From: the human T2T-CHM13v2.0 reference genome, Homo sapiens
DNA: 64,000 nt
Direction: 5' to 3' (one strand)
Assembly: GCF_009914755.1 (NCBI RefSeq)
Contig: NC_060939.1
The notes under the pieces were generated by a model. The model did not search any database, was not told the origin of the DNA, and was given only the letters and a program-made list of their open reading frames with translations. Each line of letters opens with the position of its first letter. Position 1 is the first letter of the stretch. Position numbers and translations under genes: made by a program. Below, piece by piece: positions 50,494 through 64,000 of this stretch.

Positions 50494-52031
50494 ATGGGGC
50501 AAGCTTGTCCTGCCAGGAGAGGATGACTGGGACTAACCAACTGAGGAAACACTGTGTTTTCATCTCCCATGTAATTCCCAAATAGGACCTGTGTTTGAGC
50601 AGCATGGCACCATTTATATAATTTTTTCTCTCTCTAGCTCATGTAGGATAATTTGAGTTAAGTCCACTTACGATGAAACGCCACTGTTGATGGAAAATAT
50701 TTTCTCTTGAGTGTCATGCTTCTTAATATTTGGATTTGAATACATTTGCTCGGTTTAACCAGATTCTGTTTCAACTAGTCCCACCGAAACCAGGGTTTTC
50801 ACTCAGTTATGTTACACTGTACTAGAGTATTATGGCTCTACATGTCTAAACATCTTCAATTGGAATTTTGAAACAGAGCAATGGGGCATGAATCCTGAGC
50901 TTTGTCATTTATTTATGACTTGAGAAGCTCTCTGGATACCATGTGTATCTCAAAGGAAACGGAGAGTGGCCTTGGCCTGTGGAGCTCTGACTCTCAATCC
51001 CATGCTCCTTTCTGTATGTATCTCTAGGATCTGAGCGGATGCCTGAAGGACCACACCTGAGCTTTGGCAAAGTATTTTATCACTGGGTTTTGCTACCTTG
51101 TTTTGTGATGTCACAAGAGAAAACTCAATTTAGGCTGAGGCTGAGCCCAGATCAATATGGAGCTACCTGTGCCCCTGCCCTGTTCTTGCCCTGGGTCATC
51201 CTGCACTCAGTGTTGACTTTGTGGCATCTACTGAAATACTTTCAGAAGGCAGATACATGGTTGATGGAGCTGGGGTTGCCTGTCTCACTGACAGAATGGT
51301 CAGAATTCAGCCACTTAGAACCAGCAACTAGCCTACTTTTACTTGCTTTAAAAGGAATCAAGACTCTTTGGGCTTCCATGGAAATAAGTGAGTTTGCCCT
51401 GTAGAGGAAGCTCTGGAAGGATGGATCAGGAATAAGAAGGGTTCTCCAAGGGCATGTCTGATCTCTGCAGATGCTGCCTTCACATTTAGCCCCCACCCTG
51501 GTCCTCTGTCTCTGCCCCCTCTCTGCCAGGCCCTTTTCTTTTTCAGGCTCACTTTGTAAAATCTCCCTCTTCTCTTTCCTTCTCATGCCTACCTCTTTCA
51601 TTCTCTGATAAAAGACAGAGGAGGTCTGGGCAGGGCATGCTCAGTAGTCGCAGGCAGGTTGTGTATGTAAGGAGGTAGCCACAGCAGTATCTCTCCATGG
51701 TGTTTCTCTTGTTTATATGAGCATAATTCACCAGATCAGTAAACATATCAGCTGGAAACCTCTTGCTTTATGACAGAGCAGATCAGTTCAAACCAAATGT
51801 TTACTAGAACATATTGCTGGACAGCCTAGTTTGGCTGTGGAGAAAGCTGATTCTGTTCCCCCTGGTGCTGACCAGTTCATCTCAATGCCTTGCTTTTAGA
51901 CATCCACATACATGCTGAAAAGAGGATAAAAACTGTAGTTAGTTTACCCTGTATTGGCTTTTAACCAACCATGACTCTGTAAGTGGATAACTTGTTTTAG
52001 GGAAACAACTTCCCCCAAGCAGAATTTGGAC

Positions 52032-52055
52032 ATTATTATTATTATTATTATTATT
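52032..52055. repeat. (ATT)8 microsatellite
   Basis: Direct reading. Confidence 0.9.
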
Positions 52056-52989
52056 TTTGACTGAAGCAAAGGCAATGCTACATAATGATGTAGCCACAAT
52101 TAACTTTTTGGGCTGAAGTTCCCATAAACAAGATCAATATCAATGTCATTATTTATCTCTTTTTTTTCCAGATACCACTCTTGTAAAATTATGACTAAAA
52201 AGCAAGCTGTTTAAGATGGAAATACGAGTCTTATTTAACTCTTCGCATCCCAAATTCCCATGGTCATGGCCTAAGAATTCTAAAAATGGTCAGGAAAGAG
52301 GGGAGCAGGGTGTTAATAGCAGAATTGAAAGGAAAGGAAAGACCAGAGACTTGAAGGAGTTTCTTCATGTCCGCATTACTGGATTGTTGGGAAGGATGAT
52401 TAATCTGCAGTTGTCTGGGGAAACAATTGGAAGGGACCTTCTCTAGCTCACCACTGGAATATGCATCTCAGGGTGGCAGAGGCTGCAAGGGAAGGTGGGC
52501 TTAGGCAGTGGTTTGGGGTCTTGATCTCAAGAACATCATGGGGGAAAGGTATGATGTCCCACATTCACACAGAGTGGAGATACTGTGGACTGTCATATGT
52601 ACATCCAGTTGTAGTTGGCCCTGCTGGGGTGGGGAGCAAGCAGTGGTACTTCTTGAGGGCTCTAACGAGGGCAGATAATGAGGGTGGGGAGGTAGGGACT
52701 CAATGACCTTCAAGCTGCCTCCACAAGCAAAGAAGACTTTTTGACCTAGTGATGAAGTATAGCTTTCTTTCTTCTTTTCACTGAAAATTGGCCTGCTGAT
52801 CTTAACACAGTAACATTTCAGGATTTAAAAATTTTCCCTCATCCCCTCATCTGGGCCTGAGACATGCAAATAGAATCCAGCAATGTCCCTGCCAGGCTCC
52901 TTTTTCAACTCGTAAGTCTAGACAAGTATATATTCTTATGTCTTAAGAATGGACAAATTGAGTAAATTATTATAAACGTGATCTAGTAA

Positions 52990-53200
52990 CATAATAGCTA
53001 GCTAGCACTTATTGAGCACAAACTGTGTGCCAAGCACTTGACATAATAATCATTCTTATAACAACCCTAAAATCTGAGAATTATGCACACATCACATGTA
53101 AGTAAACAGAAGCCCTCTGAGATTAAAGAGCTTATTCAAGTAAGTAGCAGGATGGAAATCTGAGCCAATTTCTAACTCCAAAGTGCATGTTCTGAACCAA
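52990..53200 (-). mobile_element. MIR
   Basis: CACTTATTGAGCAC...TGTGTGCCAAGCACT...ACAACCCT...TCTAACTCCAAAG. Confidence 0.7.
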
Positions 53201-53635
53201 AAAATAACTGGGAGCAGGGTGATTATGTCCTCAATAAGCAGAGCAATAAGAAATAAAAAGAGAGAAACTTCAGAAAATCTCTATTTTGTATCATCAGTGA
53301 AATTTAACAATGGTATTTTCTTTTCTTTTTAAAAATAATTTAACGTTTATTTTAGATTAAGGGGTACACGTGCAAGCTTGTTACATGGGTATATCACATG
53401 ATGCTGAGGTGTGGGGTGTGAATGATTCCATCACCCAGGTGGTGAGCACAGTACCCAGAAGGTAGTTTTTCAGCCCCTGTGCCCACTCTTTCCACCTGGT
53501 CCCAGTAACCCTCAGTGTCTATTGTTCACATCCTTATATGTTCATGTGTACCCAGTGTTTAGCTCTCACTTGTGAGAACATGAGGTATTTGGTTTTCTTT
53601 TCCTGCATGAATTTGCTTGGGATAATGGCCTCTAG

Positions 53636-54046
<411 letters not shown>

Positions 54047-56769
54047 TGATGGGCATCTAGGTTGATTCCATGTCTTTGCTATTGTGCATAGTGCTGCAAT
54101 GAACATAGGGATGCGTGTGTCTTTCCAGTAAATAATTTATTTTCCTTCTGGTACGTACCCATTAATGGGATTGCTAGGTCAAATCGTAGTTGTATTTTTA
54201 GTTTTTTTTTTTTTTTTTGAGAAATCTCCAAACTGCTTTCCACAGTGGCTGAACTAGTTTACATTCCCACCAACAGTGTGTAAGTGTTCCCTTTTCTCTA
54301 CAGCCTTGACAGCATCTTTTTTTTTCCTTCACTTTGAAATAATAGCCATTCTCACTGGTGTGAGATAGTATCTCATTGTGGTTTTGACTTCCATTTCTCT
54401 GGTAATTACTAATGATGTGCACTTTTCCATATGCTTGTTGGCTGCATGTGTGTCTTCTTTCGAGAAGTGTCTGTTCATGTCCTTTGCCCACTTTTTAATG
54501 GGGTTATTTGGTTTTTGCTTGTTAATTTGTTTGAGTTCCTTATAGAGTCTAGATATTAGATTTTGTCAGATGCATCGTTTGTAAATATTTTCTCCCATTC
54601 TGTAGGTCATCTGTTTAATCTGTTGATAGTTTCTTTTGCTGTGCAGAAGCTCTTTAGTTTAATTAGGCCCCACTTGTCAATTTTTGTTTTTATTGCAATT
54701 GCTTTTGAGGACTTAGCCATAAATCTTCACCAAGACTGACACTGAGAAGGGTATTTCCTGTGTTTTCTTCTAGGATTCTTATAGTTTGAGGTCTTACATT
54801 TAAGTTTTTAATTTATCTTGAGTTATTTTTTTTTTGTATGGAGAAAGGTAGGGATCCAGTTTCATTCTTCTGCATATGGATAGCCAGTTATTCCAGCACC
54901 ATTTATTGAGTCCTTTCTCCATCGCTTATTTTTGTCAATTTTGTTGAAGATCAGATGGCTGAAGGTGTGTAGCTTTCTTTCTGGCTTCTCTATTCTGTTC
55001 CATTACTCTATGTGTCTGTTTCATACCAGTACCATGCTGTTTTGGTTACTGTAGCCTTACAGTATAATTTGAAGTCAGGTAATATGATGCCTCTAGCTTT
55101 GTTATTTTGGCTTAGGATTGCTTTGGCTATTTGGGCTCATTTTGGTTTCATATGAATTTTAGAACAGTTTTTTTCTAGTTAAGTAGTAAATAGTATTTGT
55201 AGTTTGATAGGAAGAGCATTGAATCTGTATGTTGCTTTGGACAGTATGACCATTTTAACAAGGTTGATTCTTCCAATCCATGAGCATGAGATACTTTTCC
55301 ATTTGATTGTGTTCTCTATGGTTTCTTTCAGCAGTATTTTGTAGTTATCCTTGTAGAGATCTTTTACCTACCTGGTTTGATATATTCCTAGGTATTTTTT
55401 TAATATGGCTATTGTAAATGGAACTGTGTTCTTGATTTGGCTCTTGCTTGAATGTTATTTGTATATGGAAATACTACTGATTTTTGTACATTGGTTTTGC
55501 ATCCTGAAACTTTACTAAAGCCATTTATCAGCTCTGGGAGCCTTTTGGCAGAGTCTTTAGCTTTTCTGGGTATAGAATCTTATAATTGGTGAAGAGACAC
55601 AATTTAACTTCTTCTTTTCCTATTTGTATGCCTTTTATTTCCTTCTTCTGTCTGCTTGCTGTGGCCAGGACTTGCAACCCTATGTTGAGTAGGAGCAGTG
55701 ACAGTGGGCATGCTTGTCTTGTTCTATTTCTCAGGGGAAGGATTCCATCTTTTGTCCATTCAGTATGAGTTGGCTGTGGGTTTGTTACACACGGCTCTTA
55801 TTTTGAGGTACTCCTTTCGATGCTTAGTTTGTTGAGAGTTTTTATCATTAAAGGATGTTGAATTTTATTGAACACTTTTTCCGTGTCTATTGAGATGATC
55901 ATATAGTTTTTGTTTTTAATTCTGTATTTATGGTGAGTCACATTTATTAATTTGCAATTGTTGAGCCACACTTGCATCCCAGGAATAAAACCTACTTGAT
56001 CATGGTGAATTAGTTTTTGATGTGCTGCTGATTTACAAGTATTTTGTTGAGGTTTTTTTTGTGTCTATGTTCATCAGGTATCTTGGCCTGGTGTTTTCTT
56101 ATTTTGTTGTATCTTGGCCAAGTTTTGTTACCATGGTGATGTTGGTTTTGTAGAATGAGTTATGGAGAGGTCCCTCCTCCTCAATTTTTTGGAATAGTTT
56201 CAGTCGAATTGGTACCAGTTATTTGTATGCCTGGTAGAATTTGGCTGTGAATCCATCGGGTCTGAGACTTTTTTTTTTTTTTTTGGTTGGTAGGTTTATA
56301 TTACTGATTTAATTTCAGAACGTGTTATTGGTCTGTTCAGGGTTTCAGTTTCTTCCTGATTCCATCTTAAGAGGTTGTGTGTTTTCAGGAATGTATTCAC
56401 TTATTCTAGATTTTTTAGTTTGTGTGCACAGAAGCTTTCATAATAGTCTCTGAGGGTGTTTTGTATTTCTGTGGGATTGGTTGTGGTGTCACCTTGGTCA
56501 TGTCTGTTTGTGCTTATTCAGGCCTTTTTTCTTTTTTTCTTTGTTAAAATAGCTAGTGGTCTATCAATCTTGTTTGTCCTGTCAGAGAACCAGCTTTTGG
56601 TTTTATTGATCCCTTATATAGATTTTTTTGGTTTCAATTTTGTTCCATCCTGCTCTGATTTTAGTTATTTCTTTCCTTCTGCTAGCTTTTTGGGTAAGTT
56701 TGTTCTCGATTTTCTACTTTGTCTAGGTGTGATGTTAGATTGTTCATTTGAAATCTTTCTCACTTCTTA

Positions 56770-56920
56770 GTTGTTGTTGTTGTTGTTCTCCTCCTCCTCC
56801 TCCTCCTTCTCCTTCTTCTCCTTCTCCTTCTTCTTGTTCTTGTTCTTCTTCTTCTTCTTCTTCTCTTCTCCTTTGTCTCCTTCTTCTCCTTCTTCTTCTT
56901 CTTCTTCCTTCTTCTTTTTC
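56770..56920. repeat. Compound (TTG)n-(CTC)n-(CTT)n microsatellite derived from an Alu tail
   Basis: Direct reading; abuts the Alu 3' end. Confidence 0.92.
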
Positions 56921-57203
56921 TAATGGAGCCTTGCTCTGTCACCTACACTGGAGTACAGTGGTGCAATCTCAGCTCACTGCAACCTCCACCTCCTGGGTTC
57001 AAGCAATCCTCCCATCTCAACCTCCTGAGTAGCTAAAATTACAGGTGTGTGCCACCATATCTGGCTAACTTTTTTGTATTTTTAGTAGAGAGGGGGTTTC
57101 ACCACGTTGGCCAGTCTGGTCTTGAACTCCTGATCTCAAGTGATCTGCCTGCCTCGGCCTCCCAAAGTGCTGGGATTACAAATGTGAGCCAACACGCCTG
57201 ACC
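56915..57203 (-). mobile_element. AluSx-like inserted in L1
   Basis: TAATGGAGCCTTGCTCTGTC...GATCTCAAGTGATCTGCCTGCCTCGG...; L1 sequence resumes AACTTTTTGATGTAG. Confidence 0.93.
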
Positions 57204-58204
57204 TCAACTTTTTGATGTAGACATTTAGTACTACAAGCATTCCTTCTAACACTGCTTTTGCTGCATCCTAGAGATTTTGGTGAGTTATATCTCTGTTATC
57301 ATTTATTTCAAATAAATTTTTGATTTCTGCCTTAATTTTATTGTTTACCAAGAAGTCATTCAGGAGCAAGTTGTTTAATTTCTGTATAACTGTGTGGTTT
57401 TGACAGAACCTCTTGGTATTGATTTCTATTTTTATTCTCCTGTGGTCCAAAAGTATACTTGATATTATTGTATTTTTTTTGAATTTGTTAAGCCTTTCCT
57501 TATTGCTGAGCATTTAGTCAATCTTGGAGTATGTTCTATATACAGTTGAGAAGAATGTATAATCTGTGATTGCTGAGTGGAGTAATCTATAGATGTCTAT
57601 TAGGTCCAATTGGTTAAGTGTCCAATTTATGTCCAGAATGTTCTTTGTTAGTTTTCTGCCTTAATGATTTGTCTAGCGCTGTTAGTGAGGTGTTGAAGTC
57701 ACCCACTATTAGTGTGTGGCTGTTTCAGTCTTTCTGAAGGTCCAGAAGTACTTGTTTTATGAATCTGGGTGCTCCAATGTTGAGTGCACATATAATTAGG
57801 GTAGTTAAGTCTTCTTGTTGAATTGAACTCTTTATCATTATATATGCCTTTCTTTATTCTTTTTTACTGTGGTTGGTTTAAAGTCTACAGTATCTGATAT
57901 AAGAATAGCAACCCCTGCTCTTTTTGGTTTTCCATTTGTGGGATAGATCTTTCTCTATCTTTTTACTTTGAGCCTATGGCTGTCATTACATGTGAAATGG
58001 ATCTCTTGAAGACAGCAGACTGTTGAGTCTTCTTTTTTGTTTTTTTTTTTTTATCGAACTTGCCACTCTGTGCCTTTTAAATGGGGTGTTTAGACTCTTT
58101 ACACTCAAGTTTAATATTGATATATGAGGTTTTGATCCTATTGTGATGTTGTTAGCTGTTTGTTTTTTATTCTCTATTGTGTAGTTGCTTTATAGGGTCT
58201 GTGG

Positions 58205-58251
58205 ACTCCAGCGTGGATGACAGAGCAAGACTCCATCTCAAAAAAAAAAAA
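58205..58251 (+). mobile_element. Alu 3'-terminal stub (about 47 bp)
   Basis: ACTCCAGCGTGGATGACAGAGCAAGACTCCATCTC plus A tail. Confidence 0.85.
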
Positions 58252-58530
58252 TGTGTTTATGTGGTAGCAGGAATCACTCTTTAGTTTCCATGTATAGAAT
58301 TCCCTTGAAGATCTCTTGCAACACTGGTCTAGTGGTAACAAATTCTCTTAGCACTTACTTGTCTGGAAAAAATTTTATTTATCCTTTGCTTATGAAGCTT
58401 AGTTTGGCAGGATATTAAATTCTTGGTTAGAATTTGCATAGACCACCATGCAACCTTTTTGATACAAGCCCTTGAACAAACACTTAAGCTAAATTAAAAA
58501 AAATATATCAATAACTGACAAGATGTGATC

Positions 58531-58611
58531 TTCTTCTTCTTCTTCTTCTTCTTCTTCTTCTTCTTCTTCTTCTTCTTCTTCTTCTTCTTCTTCTTCTTCT
58601 TCTTCTTCTTC
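58531..58611. repeat. Pure (TTC)27 / (GAA)27 trinucleotide repeat
   Basis: 81 nt of uninterrupted TTC, then (CTTCTTC)3. Confidence 0.97.
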
Positions 58612-58633
58612 CTTCTTCCTTCTTCCTTCTTCA

Positions 58634-58671
58634 TTTTCTAATGGAGCCTTGCTCTGTCACCTAGGCTGGAG
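58634..58671 (-). mobile_element. Alu 3'-end fragment duplicated from the Alu at 56915
   Basis: TTTTCTAATGGAGCCTTGCTCTGTCACCTA is identical to 56916-56945. Confidence 0.85.
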
Positions 58672-58825
58672 ATAATACATGAGCGTATTTTAATCCATGA
58701 AACCTCTAACTTCTACTGCTATTCACATAGCTTTTATTTATGTTCATAAAAGTTAGTGAACATACCAGAAATAATTCTGTAAACCAGCAGCATCAAATGG
58801 AACTTTCCAAAATAAATCGTGTCTA

Positions 58826-58983
58826 CACTGTCTGACAGTGTGACTGCCATCTATATGGAACTGTTGAGCACCCTAAAATGTGGCCAGTGTGACTTATGAT
58901 CCGACTTTTTAATTGTATTTAACTAGTTAATATGAATTCAAATACCTATTTGTGGCTAGTGGCTACCCTACTGGATAGTGCAG
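58826..58983 (+). mobile_element. MER3 (hAT-Charlie)
   Basis: TTGAGCAC...AAATGTGGCCAGTGTGACT...TGTGGCTAGTGGCTACC...GGATAGTGCAG. Confidence 0.8.
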
Positions 58984-59409
58984 CTCTAAGAGTAGGTACA
59001 AAATTAAAAATTGAGGAGGGCAGGTGTGAGGGGAGTAGATACATCTACTAAAAAGGTAGCAACAATACCTTTTACTTACAGAGTCCTTACTCTGTGTTGA
59101 TACTTGTGCTTCAGCACATACACTTTGCACATATTCTACTGCAGTGGGTGCTGTATCAGTGATTTACATTTTTGTATATATGAGAGTGTGTATGTTAATT
59201 TTTGTTTGAGAAATCTTTCCTGATTGTTGGATTAGACAGGAGCAAAAATCACCTTAAACTTGAACTTCCTTGTTTTAAGACTACTTTTTATGGTCTTTTT
59301 AGTGAAGTAACTACAGATCAGGTAAGGCCTTATTGTCATGGAAGAAGGCTATACCAAGACTTTTGGTGACTTGAGTGCTTTAAAAGCAATCTGTTTTAAC
59401 TCTATGCCT

Positions 59410-60520
59410 ACTGATGAGCAGATTCTAAGATTTATGTGGAAATGTAAACCACCTAGAATAGCTAAAACAAATTTGAAAAAAAGGATAACTTGTAGGATTT
59501 TCACTTCCCAATTTCAAAACTCACCCTAATGCTGCAGTTATTAAGACAGTATGATACTGGATAAGGATAGATGTAGACCAATGGAACATATTGTGAATCC
59601 AGAAATAAATCCTGTATTTAGAATTTAGACTTTTTTGTTTGTTTGTTTTACAAAGGTGTCAATGCAATTCACTGGGAAAAAGTCTCCTCAACAAATGGTG
59701 ATGGGACAATGGGATATCCATATGTGTGAAAGTGAACTTAGACCCTCACCTTATACATGCCATATACAAAAATGAACTCAAAATGCATCACGAACTTAAA
59801 GTAAGAGCTAAAACAATAAAATCTTTGGAAGAAAACATAGAAAAAATATCTTTGTGTCCTTCAGATAGGCAAAGATTTCTTAGATATGACACCAAAAGCA
59901 CTGTTCATAAAAAATGGATAAACTTGACCTCATTAAATTAAAAATTTTCTCCTTTAAAAAATGCTATTAACAATATGAAAAGACAAGAAATAAATCAGGA
60001 GAAAATATTTGCAAAACACATATCTGCAAAACACATAAAGGATTTGTATCCAGAATTTATAAAAAATCATAGTGCTCAAAAATAAGACAAACAGCCCAAA
60101 CAAAAATGGACAAAATATATGAACAGACATTTCATCAAAGAACATGTATGAATGTCTAGGATGCACATGAAAAGATGCTCAGCATTATTAATCATTAGGG
60201 AAATGATTCACACTCAATAGAATGGCTATAAAAATAAGAAGAAAATAACAAATGTTGGTGAGGATGAGAAATAAGAACCCTCATACATTGTTGGTGGGAA
60301 TGTAAAATTATGCATCCATTGTGGTTACAGTTTGCATTTGTGGTAAGTTAGACATTTTCTTAAAAAGTTAAATATAAAACTATTACATGACTCAGTACTG
60401 TTCCTAGGTGTATACCCAAGAGAATTGAAAACATATGTCCATACAAAAGCTTGCACAAGAATGTTCATAGCAGCATTACTGATAAGAATTTCAAACTGGA
60501 AAAAGCCTAAATGTCTACCA
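59410..60520 (+). mobile_element. Old L1M (L1MB/ME-like) ORF2 3' fragment
   Basis: ILRFMWKCKPPRIAKTNLKK; AACAGACATTTCATCAAAGA; ATGTTCATAGCAGCATTA. Confidence 0.85.
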
Positions 60521-60604
60521 ATCTTGTCAGAATTGTCCAGGTATATATAACTCATATTTAGGGTTCACAATTCATATTTAGAATATGCAAAAAATATTTA
60601 TTTT

Positions 60605-60790
60605 AACTCTGCCAGTGTAGCTGTGTATCATTGGGTAAATTACTTAATCTAAATCTCAGTTTCTCCATTTGTAAAATGGGAATAGTAACAGAACTAACTC
60701 ATTATTGTGAGTATTAAAAGAGTAAATCCTCGGAAAGCCCTTGGAGTAGTTGTTGGCACATAGTAAGTCTTCAGTAACTGTTGGTAGCTG
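60605..60790 (+). mobile_element. MIR
   Basis: CTCAGTTTCTCCATTTGTAAAATGGGAATAGTAA...TGGCACATAGTAAG. Confidence 0.8.
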
Positions 60791-60811
60791 TTTCTCTTTG
60801 GGAAAGAGGAT

Positions 60812-60997
60812 CTGGAGTATAGTGTAAAGAGCATTAGCCTAGAAGACTAGTTCTAGGCCCAGTCTGCTCATCAGTAGCTGGGAAAACTTGGGGATACTAC
60901 TTGTCTTTCTCGGGTCATAGTTTCATCTTTGCAAAATGAAAAGAATGAAGTAGATGATCCCAAGTGACCCTCATGGCTAGGTTACTCTGTGAATTTG
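60812..60997 (+). mobile_element. MIR fragment
   Basis: GGAGTATAGTG...GTTCTAGGCCCAG...AGTTTCATCTTTGCAAAATGA. Confidence 0.6.
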
Positions 60998-61060
60998 TGA
61001 TAGAAGAGTTAGTCCAGTTGGCTGATTAAAAGAAATTCACGTTAAAAAATGATTGATTTA

Positions 61061-61251
61061 TGTAATCTCAGCACTTTGGGAGGCCAAGGGGGGTGGATCA
61101 TTTGAGGTCAGGAGTTTGAGACCAGCCTGGCCAACGTGGTGAAACCTTGTCTTTACTAAAAATACAAAAGTTACCTGGGCTTAGTGGTGGGCACCTGTAA
61201 TTCCAGCTACTCAGGACGCTGAGGCATGAGAATCACTTGAACCTGAGAGGC
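61061..61251 (+). mobile_element. AluS truncated at both ends, without an Alu poly-A tail
   Basis: Begins TGTAATCTCAGCACTTTGGG and ends GAACCTGAGAGGC; flanked by near-identical A6...TTGATTTA. Confidence 0.9.
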
Positions 61252-62744
61252 AAAAAAGTTTGATTTAAATTATCATGATTGTGTTCATTACTCACAATAT
61301 TGGTACCCCAGAATTGTTCTCACCTATTTATTTTGACAGCACAAACTTGGCCTAACACATGAATTTATCTTCATTTGTTTCTTTTATTCTTCCTTAGCCA
61401 ACATCAGGTTTTGCTGACCTGCTTGTTTCATGTTCTGATTTTCTGAATTAGGATGAAATTTCGTTACTCTAAACCTGTCTCTCTCCCATATGGGTTACAA
61501 TAGAATCCACCACTTTAAACAATCCCCAATTGGAATAAGAAAATCCTCATAAACCCTGCCTTCTTAGAGTGTGTACATGGGACCTCATTCTGTAGATTTT
61601 CATTACTTCTTGTTGTGTTTTTTTTTATTATTAGTTTTTTAAAAAACAGGAGGAGAAAGAGAAAATTGTTATCATCCCCTTGGGCGTTTCGTAGTTACAG
61701 GAATGGAAGTTTAACTATTGGTGGAGACTCCATGGGAATTTGAAATAGTTTTACTACTTATCCAAACTACTTACTATCAGAAAAGATAACCTTTGCCACT
61801 GATTTAATAACAGTTGTTCAACTCAATTATGTAAACACTTGGCACTTTTGATTCTTCTGGAATATTATTGAATTTTAAAAATGCCCTTTAGCATACTAAG
61901 GATAAAATTTATCCTGTCTGCAAATCTAGAAGGATAATATAATATGAAGATAAAAAATGTTTTAAGAAGCTTTTTTTTGAGATATGTAAACAATCAATTT
62001 TCACCTTCAGTTATTAATTGCACATAATTTTGAAAAATAATAAATTTAGCCAAAGTCAAGTCTGCTAGGCTGTTGTATGCTCTGGCTATAGTACTTCATT
62101 TTTGTAAAATTTGTTGTTTTCAAAGGTGGAATCTCACTCCATAGGAGTGAATTAAACATTCTGCTATGGTTGCCTGCCACTAGGTGAACTGTGGCATCTG
62201 AATTCTTGAGCTAAAATACACTGATGCCCTTAAGGTCCAGATGAGAAGAAGCAGGGCCAAAGTACTGATCCATTCATCTGCATCATTTTCTACAAAATAT
62301 TAATTTTAAGTTGAAAAAGAGACACAGAGTCATTGCAAAAACAAGAGTTCTAAAAATACTTTTAGAACTTTTGTATAAATTCACTGCTAATCATTTTTTC
62401 ACAGTAAAAAACAATATTGTTTTAGGTAGTTTTCCTCCATTTCTGAAGAAAGGCCATCCAGTTTGTTCCCAGTGGCCAGGAATGCCCTTTATTCCCTTCT
62501 CTTGATTTTGAGAACTCAAGTTGTCTTAATTCTTTTTCCATAAGCCTTGGCATTAGGGCAGACTTGAGGAAGAGAAAACATGAAAAGTTTGGGTTGTCTC
62601 TCTTTTTCAAGTGACTTTGAATTTCCCATCTCAAGACACACCTAACTTACTCTTGGTTGGCATTTTTCTTTGCTGTCTGGGTCTGTGTTTAGCTGATTTT
62701 CTCTCCTTGTGCCTTATTTCTCTACTGCATAGTCTAGATTGCTG

Positions 62745-64000
<1,256 letters not shown>

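Noticed and set aside
56748-57032. Poly-Pro/Ser/Leu and poly-Arg/Lys ORFs
   Set aside because: Translation artefacts of the compound microsatellite and adjacent Alu
58531-58611. Identity with the FXN or FGF14 disease GAA loci
   Set aside because: Flanks do not match those loci as I recall them; the FXN repeat lies in an Alu middle linker, not a copied tail

Overview
Non-coding primate genomic DNA, almost certainly human or hominoid (AluY, AluS/J, FLAM/FRAM, L1PA3-16, L1M, L2, MIR, MER, MLT and LTR16 elements). About half the window is interspersed repeat. I found no credible host protein-coding exon: the convincing ORFs are decayed LINE-1 ORF1/ORF2 pieces or Alu read-throughs, and I cannot name the locus. 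The repeat-free block at about 5.0-7.4 kb looks regulatory, with a candidate minus-strand TATA promoter and first exon plus a strong upstream minus-strand exon candidate. The best-supported oddities are retrotransposition and repair scars: a TSD-flanked MLT1A+FLAM composite retrocopy (42.2-42.5 kb), a local copy of an Alu tail carrying a pure (TTC)27 tract (58.5-58.7 kb), one target site used by both an L1 and an AluY (29.9-30.3 kb), and a tail-less Alu truncated at both ends with TSD-like flanks (61 kb). I see no evidence for a new biological system. Repeat subfamily calls come from recalled consensus sequences, and old-repeat boundaries are approximate.
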